From positions 203,822 through 267,821 of the forward strand of contig MU053444.1 of NCBI GenBank assembly GCA_013239625.1: a stretch of DNA of 64,000 nucleotides, given 5' to 3'. Positions within the stretch are counted from its first letter, which is position 1; every line of letters starts with the position of its first letter. The stretch comes from Lama guanicoe (taxonomy: Eukaryota). The translations under genes and the position numbers were made by a program. This document shows, piece after piece, positions 26,601 to 37,595 of the stretch. The notes under the pieces were generated by a model, which did not search any database, had not been told where the DNA came from, and worked only from the letters and a program-made list of their open reading frames with translations.

Positions 26601-28134
26601 ACAGGAATGTTTAATTGGGAGACTTACCTCCCATTTTCATGAAACAAAATAATTTTATTATTTGTTTAGTGCCTACTGTCTGGCAATGAAGTAGCCCCTT
26701 TGTATATAGTTTTATCATTTAATCTCTACAAAGAGTCCCAGGAGAACACACGTGTCACTGGTGAGGGAACCAAGATCATCCAGGGTATTTGGCAAGAAGG
26801 CAGATGGGCTGGAGAGCTTACCCTCCTTCAGGCTGAGACAGAGACACCAAGGTTTATTGACAAGCATGTTGCTGAAGTGGTTTACTTAATACTTTGCTTC
26901 CTTGATGAAGTGAATCTCTTGAAATTGTTTATGTCTGGCTTATATTCCCCTCTCTCCTCTGCCTCAGGACTTCTCGTAAGTAGAATGAATTCAGCCTGAA
27001 CTTATTCAGTAAAACCAGAAAATATAAAATTAGCCCACACAAATGTCTGATTAGTCCTTGTAATTCAGTACTTCCTAAAACTCCTAGAAATGCAAGGAAG
27101 GTGTGTTACCTCGGGGACTGAGTGCATTTGAAGAGTGAGAAATGCAGTGTGATCTGGTAAAGGCACAGGCTCTATAGACAAAGATCTGGGTTTGGATCCT
27201 GTCTCCACCAAGTACTGGAAACAGACCACCCATAGCCTCAGTTTCTTCATGTGTTAAATGGGCTGATGGAGCTCACCTCCAAGCAGTCAGGTCAAAATGA
27301 GATGATCCGAGCCACTCTCAGGCAGAATGCTTGGCAAAGTGCTAGTTGCTCTTGCTGCTTTATAATGTCTTCTTAGGTAATTCTGTTGTCCGTTGGCGTC
27401 CAAATAACTCCTCATTTGATTTAAGAAAAATAGCATGCCTTAAGAATTTTAAAATAAGGAATGAAGATTTATTGATTAAAGCTGGGTGTATTTTTATAGG
27501 TCATTTATTTTTAAAAAAAAGGAGTTCTATAAAGAGAATTTATTCAGTGTGCTTAGAATATGATTCTGTTAAAAATTATTTTCCTTTAAATTCTTTTCAG
27601 AAGTTTTCTGTTATATTTTAATTGAATAGTAGTTGAAGTTTTCTGAGGAGGTGTTACATTTTGAAAAGTTTATTCTAGTAACAATTGATAGATTAAATAA
27701 ATGATTCATATCCCTGGACAGCGTAAAGCCCTGTTTTTTTTTTAAATATATATAATTTTGGGGGTTAGTTCTATGACATTTTATTGGGCAGAAGTATTCC
27801 CCATTTCCATTTTACAGGCAGAGAAAGTGAGTCATACGATACTCTTTATACAAGAGCAGCAGAGGCTGACTAATTTGGGCAGAGGAGGAAAAGTGTGTGG
27901 AGAAAAAATCCTTGATTCTCAAACTGGACACATTCTGCGGTGCTGTGCAGCTGAAACGGTTTTGAATTTGTTTCTGGGTTGTCCTAGGTTTCGGCGCATG
28001 TGCCTAAAATGTCTCTCGGGCAAACATGCTAATTTAAGAAGTTTGTCATTCTAAATGCTCTTAAGAGGATTAAACAAATTCCACAGCAAATAAATGAACA
28101 TGTTTGGAAGATTTTCCACCCTCATGTAATTTCC
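18420..28134 (+). repeat. Right arm of the inverted duplication (inner boundary uncertain, ~17900-19000)
   Basis: Collinear reverse-complement match to 1..~9550 is clear. Matching of the innermost satellite monomers is ambiguous. Confidence 0.93.
25656..26108 (-). mobile_element. Solo ERV1-type LTR (right-arm mirror copy)
   Basis: Reverse complement of 1985-2437 with the same flanks. Confidence 0.75.
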
Positions 28135-28889
28135 AGAAAACAGACATGGTTCACTTGCTAAACTAAACACACAGGTATATTAATAAGCCTGGCTCACATG
28201 TTTGGACAGCACGGAGGGAGCTTCATCTATTGGCGTGCATTCTGCTGCAGGAACCGCACCTGAAGGTTTAATTAGAATTTATTTCCAGCGAATGCTGCTC
28301 CCACCTTTTTCTCCCCAATGAAAGAAAGCTCCCTCCTTGACTGGCCGTTAGTGTGCAGAGCCCCGCGGCTAACACACTCCCCTGATCATCAGGAGGGTGA
28401 TGGAGCCAGTTTGCTTAGAAGCACTTAGCTACACTCGCAGCGGGGATCATCAGTATCTTCTGTGTGTTCACCTACACGTGCAGGGGAGAAAATCGAGTTT
28501 TGCTGGCGACAAACGCTAATTGAACAACAGTTGTTTCAGAGGGACTGTGATGTTGAAAACAGAAGTCCCTTTCATTTTTATATGTTGGATGCAGACAAAC
28601 TGCACGGCGACACCCCCACTTTAAGTACACCCACCAGGGAGGTGGTCGGAATTTGGATCTGCACGTATTCAGAACCTGCCACTGGTCAGCTTACAGTGTT
28701 CTCGCTGGGTTTGGGAGACTGTTTCTGTAGTGATTTCTTTGGTTTCCAATAAATTTGCACAGCCGTCTTCTTCAGTCGAGTTCTGATGAGTTCATTTGGG
28801 AGGGGCATGTGAAATTGGGGCGGGCAGAGAGGTGCAATGAAGACTAGACACCATCTGGTTACCTGTCATTTTTTATGGGCCCAAAAACT

Positions 28890-29292
28890 CCTGGAGAATG
28901 TCATTCTAAGTGAAGTAAGCCAGAAAGAGAAAGAAAAATACCATATGAGATCGCTCATATGTGGAATCTAAAAAACAAAAACAAACAAACAAACAAAACA
29001 AAGCGTAAACACAGGACAGAAATAGTTTCACAGACAGAGAATACAGATTTGTGGTTACCAGGGGGGTGGAGGGTGGGAAGGGATAGACTGGGATTTCAAA
29101 ATTGTAGAATAGATAAACAAGATTGCACTGTATAACACAGGGAAATATACACAAAATATTATGATAACTCACAGAGAAAAAAATGTGACAATGAGTGTGT
29201 ATATATCCATGAATGACTGAAAAATTGTGCTGAGCACTGGAATTTGACACATTGTAAAATGATTATAAATCAATAAAAAATGTTAAAAAAAA
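28890..29292 (+). mobile_element. 5'-truncated L1 3' end (camelid-type 3' UTR) with A tail
   Basis: CTGGAGAATGTCATTCTAAGTGAAGTAAGCCAG (ORF2 C-terminal LENVILSEVSQ), 3' UTR ending AATCAATAAAAAATGTTAAAAAAAAA. Confidence 0.92.
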
Positions 29293-31715
29293 ATGCTTGT
29301 CTTGTTTTCTTTTCTCCTCCATCCACCCCTTCAGATCAGGGAGTCTTCAAGAATTTCTTCCTAAAATATAAAATAATGAAGAAGGCAGTGTGTCTCTTTG
29401 GTTGATTTCATTTGACTTGGGTTCATTGTTAAAGATTTTCTGGTGAGGATTTTATGAGCTCTTAAAAGCTGGAAGAGCAGCACAACCAAGGAGAGAAAGT
29501 CAGAGAAACGTGTCAGTGGCCCCTGTGAGGTCTGGGGGATGCGGGCAGGAAGTGGGGCAGAGGCAGCACCGTGGCCTCCCCTGTAGCCCTGTGGCCAATG
29601 TGTGCATGAAAAGCCAGCATCTCTTGTCACCATGTGTTCTACCAGGATTCCCACTAAAGGAATGTGTGGAGATTTGTGGAGGCCTTACTTTTACCCTCTT
29701 GTCAAACATCTTTAATGCTGACTGTATTTATTCAAGATGACACAGAGATCACCTGCAGAGCTTGAGGGAGCAGTGCTTGATTCCTGTCTTGCCCGCCCCA
29801 GGCTCACTCCTCAGACACCTGTTTCTTGCAGGCACTGAAGTGCCTGTGGGGGAGCTCTGCTCCTGGGGGTCTCTGCTCCTGAGTGGAGAGCTCTCTTCTA
29901 GAGGAGCTGGAAACAGGAGTGCTCACATTGGAGCCGGTCGCACCAGCACTGGTCCCACTCCATGTGATGAGCCCTTTGTGTAAGTAGTAGAGGTGGGATC
30001 CAGAGTCTTCCTGTGTCTACGGAGTTCTCCAGTAAAGCCAACTTGGAGGAAAGAAAGAAAATGCCTACTGTTCCATGACTGTGTCCTAAGGGTTTAAAGT
30101 TCACTGCGGAGCACAATTGAGATCTCATCCAGTAAATACTCTGGGGTCTTGACTCTGACTTGCCATGAATTTGGCATTCTCATGTTATTTCTCTTAAAAT
30201 ATATCTAAGCAATCATTTTTGTGTGATGGTTATATGTGCATAAGGGTCCTGAAGAAACTGTTGTGGATGGAAGTGTCGGCCTCAGTGGTACCAGAATGGC
30301 TGGTGGCCCTGGGGGCTGCCCGAGCTCCACGCCATTTGTTATCAGCAGTCTTTCAGATTGCATCTTATTCCAGAGCTTACCGGGGCTCCCATCTCTCACT
30401 ATGTGTCTTGAGAGAATATTTGTTCAGAAGGTAGGGGACAGGATGCTTCCAAGTCTGGGTCCTGGGGTTCCCTGTCTAAAGGTGGCACTGGCATGAATAA
30501 TTTATTCATGAAGTAATGAAGCCCCAAAGTCTCGTGGCTAATTGGGCCTCACTGTCCTTCTTCATGTTAGGAGCTGGAGGGCTTGGGTAAGGCCCCCAAA
30601 CCTGATTTTGGTGAGCTTTCAGCCCTATCACACAACCTGGGTTGTCCCATTTCAGTCACATGACTTTGATTTTTGCAGGTAGGTGTGACTCCTGGACAGT
30701 GCCTGGGACTTCCAGGTTTCCGCTACAGTTGGAATACTGAAGAAGCTTCAACCCGTAAGGTGTGTTCGGGGGCCTCGAGGAAAAGTAGGGGTCCACAGAC
30801 AGATGTCTGCATGGGTGGTGATCAGGCCCGCGTCTTGGAAGGACAGAGATTCCATTATTGTTGTAACAGTGAACTTAAGGGAGGAATTCGGGAAGGTCTG
30901 ATGCAATTGAGATTAAAAATATTATCTGGCTTTTATTGCTAGAATTAGCGGTTTTTAACCCTTAGACCCATTCCCGCTTTTTATAAGAAATAATTTGTAA
31001 CCTTTCTTTTTTGGTGCCTGGAATTGAACATCATAGAAAGTGTAACCTAAGTATAAATATGATAAACAAATAGACAGGTAGATGGAAAGATGGGGTACCT
31101 AAATTCTTATATTATGGTGTATTCTATACTTATGCTAATTAGTGACCTCTCAGGACAAAAGGCACATACAAAGGAAGTCACTTCTAATAAACTACTTTCC
31201 AAGCCTTTCCCAACTGGGAAACAAGTGGCTTCACAATGTTAGAGCACCTCCCAGGCCCCGGGGAAAACACCTTGTCAGAGTTACACTTGCAGATCGTGTC
31301 CTGTGCCAAGTGCAAGCAGATGCGGTTCGGAAGCTGCCCGGAGGCTGACTCCGGGGATTCCTTCGTCGCAGCTGTGAGGGAGCCTTGCCTTTCCTGACCA
31401 CAACCACAGAGGCGATTTTAAATCTCTGAAAACTGCCATACCAGTGTATATCACAACCCCCACAAGATATGTTGAATAAAGTAGAAAACTCTAAGTGCCT
31501 ACTTTAGGATAGAAATAGGATATAAAATAAATCATGATTTAAAAAATTCTAGTTCCCGAATAAGTGCTACATTACACTGGCTGCAATATTAGGTTAGACA
31601 ACTTCATTACTGCTTTCCATACCACATCCTCTAGTTAGATTTTATTTATCTTTTTTTTTCACTAAAGAAAAAAAATCATATGTTGCATTTTTGTGTCAGG
31701 GGTGACAAAGAGAGA

Positions 31716-31794
31716 NNNNNNNNNNNNNNNNNNNNNNNNNNNNNNNNNNNNNNNNNNNNNNNNNNNNNNNNNNNNNNNNNNNNNNNNNNNNNNN
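31716..31794. other. Assembly gap (79 N)
   Basis: Run of N; adjacency of the two halves is only scaffold-level. Confidence 1.
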
Positions 31795-32720
31795 ACTTTT
31801 TGGACTTCTCACTTGGAAAATCCCCTGTGTCAGTTAGATTTGTTAGTAAAACAATTTTTTTTCTTACTTAGTGCATCAGTGATGTTTTCAAGATGATAAA
31901 AAATTTTCCCCATTGCATTTAAACAGTTGCTTGTTCTCGTAATTCATGGCTCACGGTTTCGTATTGGTCACAACTGGAGAACTGTGTTTTCTGTGTGAAA
32001 ATTCTCATTGCTTTGGTGACGCAGGGTCACGTGTCCTTACTGGATGGAGTATGATAGTAGTTGTTTGCATTCTCTCCCTAAATCTGGGGTCCTGTGTTAT
32101 GATTCCTGTTAACTTAAAGAATATGAATATTGTTATTTACCTAAATAGCTAACATCGCACCAGTGATACATATCAAATTGGTCCAACTAGGAATTCCAAT
32201 ATTAAATGAGACAGTAATTTCACAATTCACTATTCCAAAAATTTGGATTGATGTTTCAGTTATACCAGGGACATTATCTGTTTTAATTGAATCAATCATT
32301 GCTTTCTTCAATAAAAGTTTCCATTCCATCTGCTCTTTTGTTTTATTGTTCTTCAGTGTTTTGTTTGATTTCTTTCCCAAATGTATATGATTTTGGCTTT
32401 TGTCATTGAAAATCCTTGGTGGTTTTGCTACCTCATGCTGGAGAGGAAGCCTTGTGACTGTTTTATAGTCACTGATTTCATGGTTGTATGAGTGTTTAAT
32501 GCCACCTTGCAGGGGTGTGGAGACCTAATGAAGTGTGTACATAAAAGGCTTATTCTTCACTGAGTGCAGGGTTAGTGTGAGCAGCTCATGTCATCAGTAT
32601 CATAGTTAATCCATTACAATCATCCTCTGTTAATCAGTGTTATCATTCTAACGTCTCCAGGAGAGGAAATGTAGTATTCTAAATGCAAATCTTTACCACT
32701 CTTTTAGTCAATTCAACACC
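31795..32720 (-). mobile_element. Highly decayed old L1 (ORF2 region) fragment
   Basis: T-rich plus strand with antisense-L1-like phrasing; no intact motifs. Confidence 0.35.
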
Positions 32721-33667
32721 TTTAAAACTTTGCTGGAATAGGACTGTGTGCCTGCTATCCCTACTTCTGCTCCTGCTGACCCAGGACACGGTCTCCACGG
32801 CTGATGATGCACAAGACACTGAATTCTTGGTTCCATGGCTCTGTGTGCTCTGGGGCATCTGGAGACTTCAGCAATGTTTTAGGGTCTTTGGGTCCCACCT
32901 CTTCATAACATTGCTGAGATGAGATCTGTGGGTTCACCCTCATTCTTGATTGTATGGTGCATTTTTTCTAGAAGCAACACACGCCACCGTGGCAGCACTG
33001 CTTTGACCACATGCTGGGACAGCGTGTGCTTGTCAGTTCTTGGGTTTAAATTTTCTATTCTAATTTCTAAAATGGGGTATATTGACAGATACACTCTATG
33101 TAAACAGAAGCCCTGTGGGGTTTCCAGCAACTTCTAAGAGCATAAATATTCCTGAAGCAGCTAACCTTCCTCCCAACTAGTGAGGAGCAACCGGTGAGCC
33201 CCGGGTGCTTGTGGCGGCCAAGCTGTGCAGCCCAGGATGCTCACTCAGGCGCAAGGAGAAAAACTTAAAACCTACTTCCATGCTGTCTTTCACAGAATCT
33301 CAGAACTGAACGTTTTAATATATAAAGAGGGGGGATTAGTTTTTTTATATATTATTTTTTTCTTTTTCAGTATTATTAGGTAGAATTATTACACTTCAAC
33401 TCCACATACAGATTGCATGTAAATACATGTATAGATTATACTGCATTTTTTTAGTTTACATATATGTACTAATTATTGTTTCTAAGAACAGATTAGAGTT
33501 TTAGATTTTTAAACTTACATAGTTACCAGAGGAATAAAGCCAACTACGAAAGAATAATAAACAGAATATGGTAATCCAATCACAAAGGACAGTCATATTT
33601 GCTTACACATATTCAAGAAATCAAAATAATAATTAGTTCATTTGTGGTCTTATTATTATTGCTATTA

Positions 33668-33870
33668 ATTTTAGATTCCTCATAAATGAAATCATATGGC
33701 ATTTTACTTTCTCTTTCCACCACACTTCACTTAGAATGACAGTCTTCAGGTCCATCCATGTTGCTGCAAATGGCATCTTTTATGGCTGAGTAGTATTCCA
33801 TTGTAGATATGTATCACCTTGTCTTTATCCAGTCATGGGTTTATGGACATTTGTGTTGTTTCCATGTTTC
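33668..33870 (-). mobile_element. L1 3'-end fragment, antisense
   Basis: TTAGATTCCTCATAAATGAAATCATATGG...CACTTAGAATGAC...TCCATCCATGTTGCTGCAAATGGC matches the reverse complement of ~45670-45770. Confidence 0.85.
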
Positions 33871-36104
33871 TTGTTCTATGTCCCTTCTGTCAACAATTAC
33901 TGATTTTCAATATTTTCCACCTTAAAATCCTTCCTGAAGGAGATGTGGTAACAGGAATCAAAAACACTTACAGCACAGGGTTGTGTGTGATGGGCCCTAG
34001 GGGCTTGGTAGGAAGGTTGGCAGAAAGGATTTCAGATTCTGATCAAATGATTCCTCCTCTTGTAGACCTGCTGACCGCCTCTCTCATGGCCTGCCCTACA
34101 AGTCTGACCAGGCCCTTCTGTGAATCTCATTGTATTGTGCACAAATTTTTTCCAATTGTTGTCATCCCGCAGGGACCTTAGGTGAGGCACCCAAGCTCCT
34201 GTGTTGGTTTCTTCCATCAGCCCTTAACTTCCTTGGGAGCCAGGACTGTCTCATTGCCCCAAGGATCCCTAATGCCTAGTGAGATGCCTGACAAAGCTGG
34301 TACTTAACGAGCACATGGGTCAAATGGAAAAACGTGATCAAAGAAAAGGCCCTCATTTTTCAGACATGCCTACCTGAGTACATAGGGTAAAATGACATGT
34401 TTTCTTAGATTTGCTGTAAAATACTTCAACAAATGACAAGGAAAAGAAAAAAGGTCTGAATAAAGGAAATATGGAAATGTTTGTGAATTCCTTAATCTGG
34501 GTGATGGGCTTACTGTACTATATTTATTGATGTATGCATAAGTTATTTTATAAATTTACTATCATTAGCTGAATCACAAGTATTAATACGTATTAATTGA
34601 AATCCTTTGAGCTGACCAAACTTACCCCACACAAAATCCTTAAGGTCCTAGTAGTCTGTCTTACAGAAACCTTTTCCCATAAAGACAGGGAAAAAGGGAA
34701 AGACAGATCCGTGCAGTATTTCCACATTGTCAAAAGACCAAAGACCGACGCAAAAGAAGAGATTCTAAAAAAGATAAAGAGGCTGAAATCAATGTCCTGA
34801 AAACCTAGCCAAGAATTCTAAATGGCCCAACTTAACCAACATCAGCACTGCCGCATCAAGAATGGGGCAAGTAGAACTTTCAGGATTTTTTTTTAAATAA
34901 TGATCCAGTTCCTGCCACAGGCAATTATGATAAGTGTGAGTATAAGTTCTAACACCAACTAGTGTACAAATTATAATTTCTACTTGATTCAAACTGCTTC
35001 TTCTATAAAATCTGAATCTTTTTATTCTTAAGACAGATTTGTGGCATATGACCTAGTGATAAAATTTTCAACTCGCTTGTATTCAAAATTTCACCCATGT
35101 GAGAGTTTATTATATCAATTATTGCTTTTTGGGAAACCCATGTGCCTTGTCACTCTCTTTCATAAGATTTCCTGTGGAAAATTCCATCCCTCATTCAGGA
35201 AAGGGCTGAGCAAACGGTCTGATGGAAAACCTTCATACACTGCAAAACAAGAAAATGAAAATGACTGTGAGCAGCCCGTGAAGCCGGCAGACACACACAG
35301 TGCACGGATGTGTTCCCGCCTCAACATTCTGTAACCAGCAGAGAAAATGTCCATCTCAAGAAATAGACATAAACACTTTTCAGGACCTGAGAACACAATT
35401 TCCCTTTCAGGGTTTAGTGGGCTTCCATTTAATTCTATGAGAAGTGTTTAAAACAACAGAACAACAGCTGAGATAGGGTTTAAAGTAACATGTCTTAGTG
35501 AAAATAAAGCCAGCTGATAGTTATCATTTTTATTTATTTCATCTCACTCTCCTACTTTACCTCCCCAACCTCCTCCACAAAATGTTGGTGAACGTCCCCT
35601 CCTGGGTTAGAAGGCTAAGTAGAAAATACCAATCACATGGAGGTGTGCTTCGTTGTTTTATTTTTCAAAAGAAACATGTTTCATTCATGTGATTTAATAA
35701 TTAAGATCAAGAAATAAACTCTATTCAATAAATGGTAGCCAACACATGTCGTCATAGCTGCTCATCAGGTTTGGCCCCATGTTACACACATTTTCATGGA
35801 CATGTGACATGTCCTGTCATGGGACATGGTGAGTAGGGACAGGGTCTCTGCTCTCACAGGGCACACAGCCTGGTGGGGTAGGTGGTGTTCAATCTTTGCC
35901 TTTTTTTTCTAACGTACTTACAAATTATGGGAAATGCTATTTAATAAGAACAAAATGAGTCAATGAAATTTTTAACTTTAATGAAAGTTAAAAATTCAAG
36001 GACAGTATTTAGGCTGAAGGAAGACAGGGTATCTCTTTGAAGAGCTGACACTCCACTGAGACCAAAAGGACAACTCCGGTGCTGCAGGTGAAGGGCAGGG
36101 GCAC

Positions 36105-37095
36105 ACTGATAAAGGGCTGATATCCAGAATATACCAAAATCTCTTTAAACTCAACAATAAGAATGAATAATCTGCTTAAAAAATGAGCAAAATGCCTCAA
36201 CACACACCTCATCATAGAAGGAAACTAGATGCCAAAGAACTCTATGGAAACATGCTCCACAGCATCTGTCATCAAGGGGATGCAGACTGAAACAGCGAGG
36301 TACCACCGCACACCTGTCAGAACTGCCAAAACGCAGAACACTGACAGCATCGAATGCTGGTGAGAATGTGGAGTAACAGGAATTCTCATGCATTGTTGGT
36401 AGGAATGTAAAATGGCCCAGATACTTTGGAAGACGGTCTGGAAATTTTTTACGAAACTTAACGTACTCCTACCATATGATCCGACAACTGTGCTCCTTGG
36501 TGTTTACTCGACAAAATGGAAACTTACGTCCACACACAAATCTGCATACAGATGTTAATAGCAGCTTTATTCATAATTACCAGAACTCAGAAGCAACTAA
36601 GCAGTTCTTCAGTAAGTGAATGGATAAATAAACCGTGGTCCAGGCAGAAAATGGACTATTATTTGGTGTTAAAATGAAATGAGTTATCAAGGCATTGAAA
36701 GACATGGAGGAAACTTTAATGCATATTATTAAGTGAAAGAAGCCAATCTGGGAAGGTTCTGCAACTGCCTGATTCCAACTGTATGGTGTTCTGGGAAAGG
36801 CAAAACCACAGAGACTAAAAGATCAGTGGATGTCAGAGGCTAGAGGGGAAGGAGTAATGAATGAGGTGCTGCATGGGGCATTTTTAGGGTAACTAAGACA
36901 GACTACTCTGTATGATGCTGTGATGGTGGATCCACGTAATTGTACATCTGTCCAAACCCACAGAGTGCACACCACCAAGTGTAAATCCTAGTGTCAACTA
37001 GGGGCTCTGGGTGATGATGAAGTGTCAGTGTAGGTTCACCCATTGTCACAAATGTACGCTCAGGTGCAGGCGTCAATAGTGAGGAGGCTGTGGGG
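36105..37095 (+). mobile_element. Old L1 (L1MB/L1MC-like) ORF2 end and 3' UTR
   Basis: CTGATAAAGGGCTGATATCCAGAATATA...; CCATATGATCC; AAGTGAAAGAAGCCAATCTG; TGTCCAAACCCACAGA motifs. Confidence 0.85.
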
Positions 37096-37381
37096 ACAAA
37101 CTGCAGTTCAAACACCCAATCCAGCCCCAGCCACCACTGTTAATAAAGCTCGGTGGGTGTGTGGAGTCTCCGGCTGCTCTGGCGTCTGAACAGCAGAGCT
37201 GAGCAGCTGCACCAGAGATCAGGAGGTTTGCAGACCCTGAAATATTTACTCCCAAGCCCGTGACAAAATAGTCTGCTCTGTCCTGTTCCACATGAATCAG
37301 AATTCACCCTGATGAGACAGGAAAGCAGGGCCAAATCAAGGCATGGTTAATCGGACTGAAGCAATGTTTTAGTCCCAAAAT

Positions 37382-37595
37382 CTTTGTTGAAGTCCTGCGG
37401 ACCCAGCGACAGACTGTAGGCAGGAAGCGTCTGCAGAAGGAGTCGGTAGCAGGCCTTCCCGCCAGGCTCCGGGAGGCCAGGGGTCGCGAGCTGCACGGGG
37501 GCCACCCGCTTGAAGAAGGTGGACTTGCAGTGGAAGCCGATTAACTCATAGAGCTCGGAGAGGATGCTACACCGCTGAATTCTCTCCCCGGAACG
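37382..37595 (-). pseudogene. TRAPPC9: TRAPPC9 (NIBP) duplicate, internal exon, 214 bp; diverged, one codon short, donor mutated to AT
   Basis: Polypyrimidine-CAG acceptor, then [71 protein letters not shown]. Recalled human TRAPPC9: [72 protein letters not shown]. The exon is followed by ATTTTG rather than GT. Confidence 0.93.

Noticed and set aside
1..28134. Palindrome as a fold-back read chimera or duplicated haplotig
   Set aside because: Arms differ by roughly 10% with structured indels, far above allelic or error levels. A misjoin of paralogs is not excluded.
1..28134. Giant foldback/TIR transposon
   Set aside because: The arms contain ordinary host fossils (MIR, MLT, LTR); no transposase, termini or TSD are visible.
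30205..31400. GC-richer ORFs and exon-like stretches (30219-30496, ~31294-31373)
   Set aside because: No recognisable protein. The next TRAPPC9 exon (GTHRGWAAVQMRLL...) was looked for in 28135-37381 and not seen.
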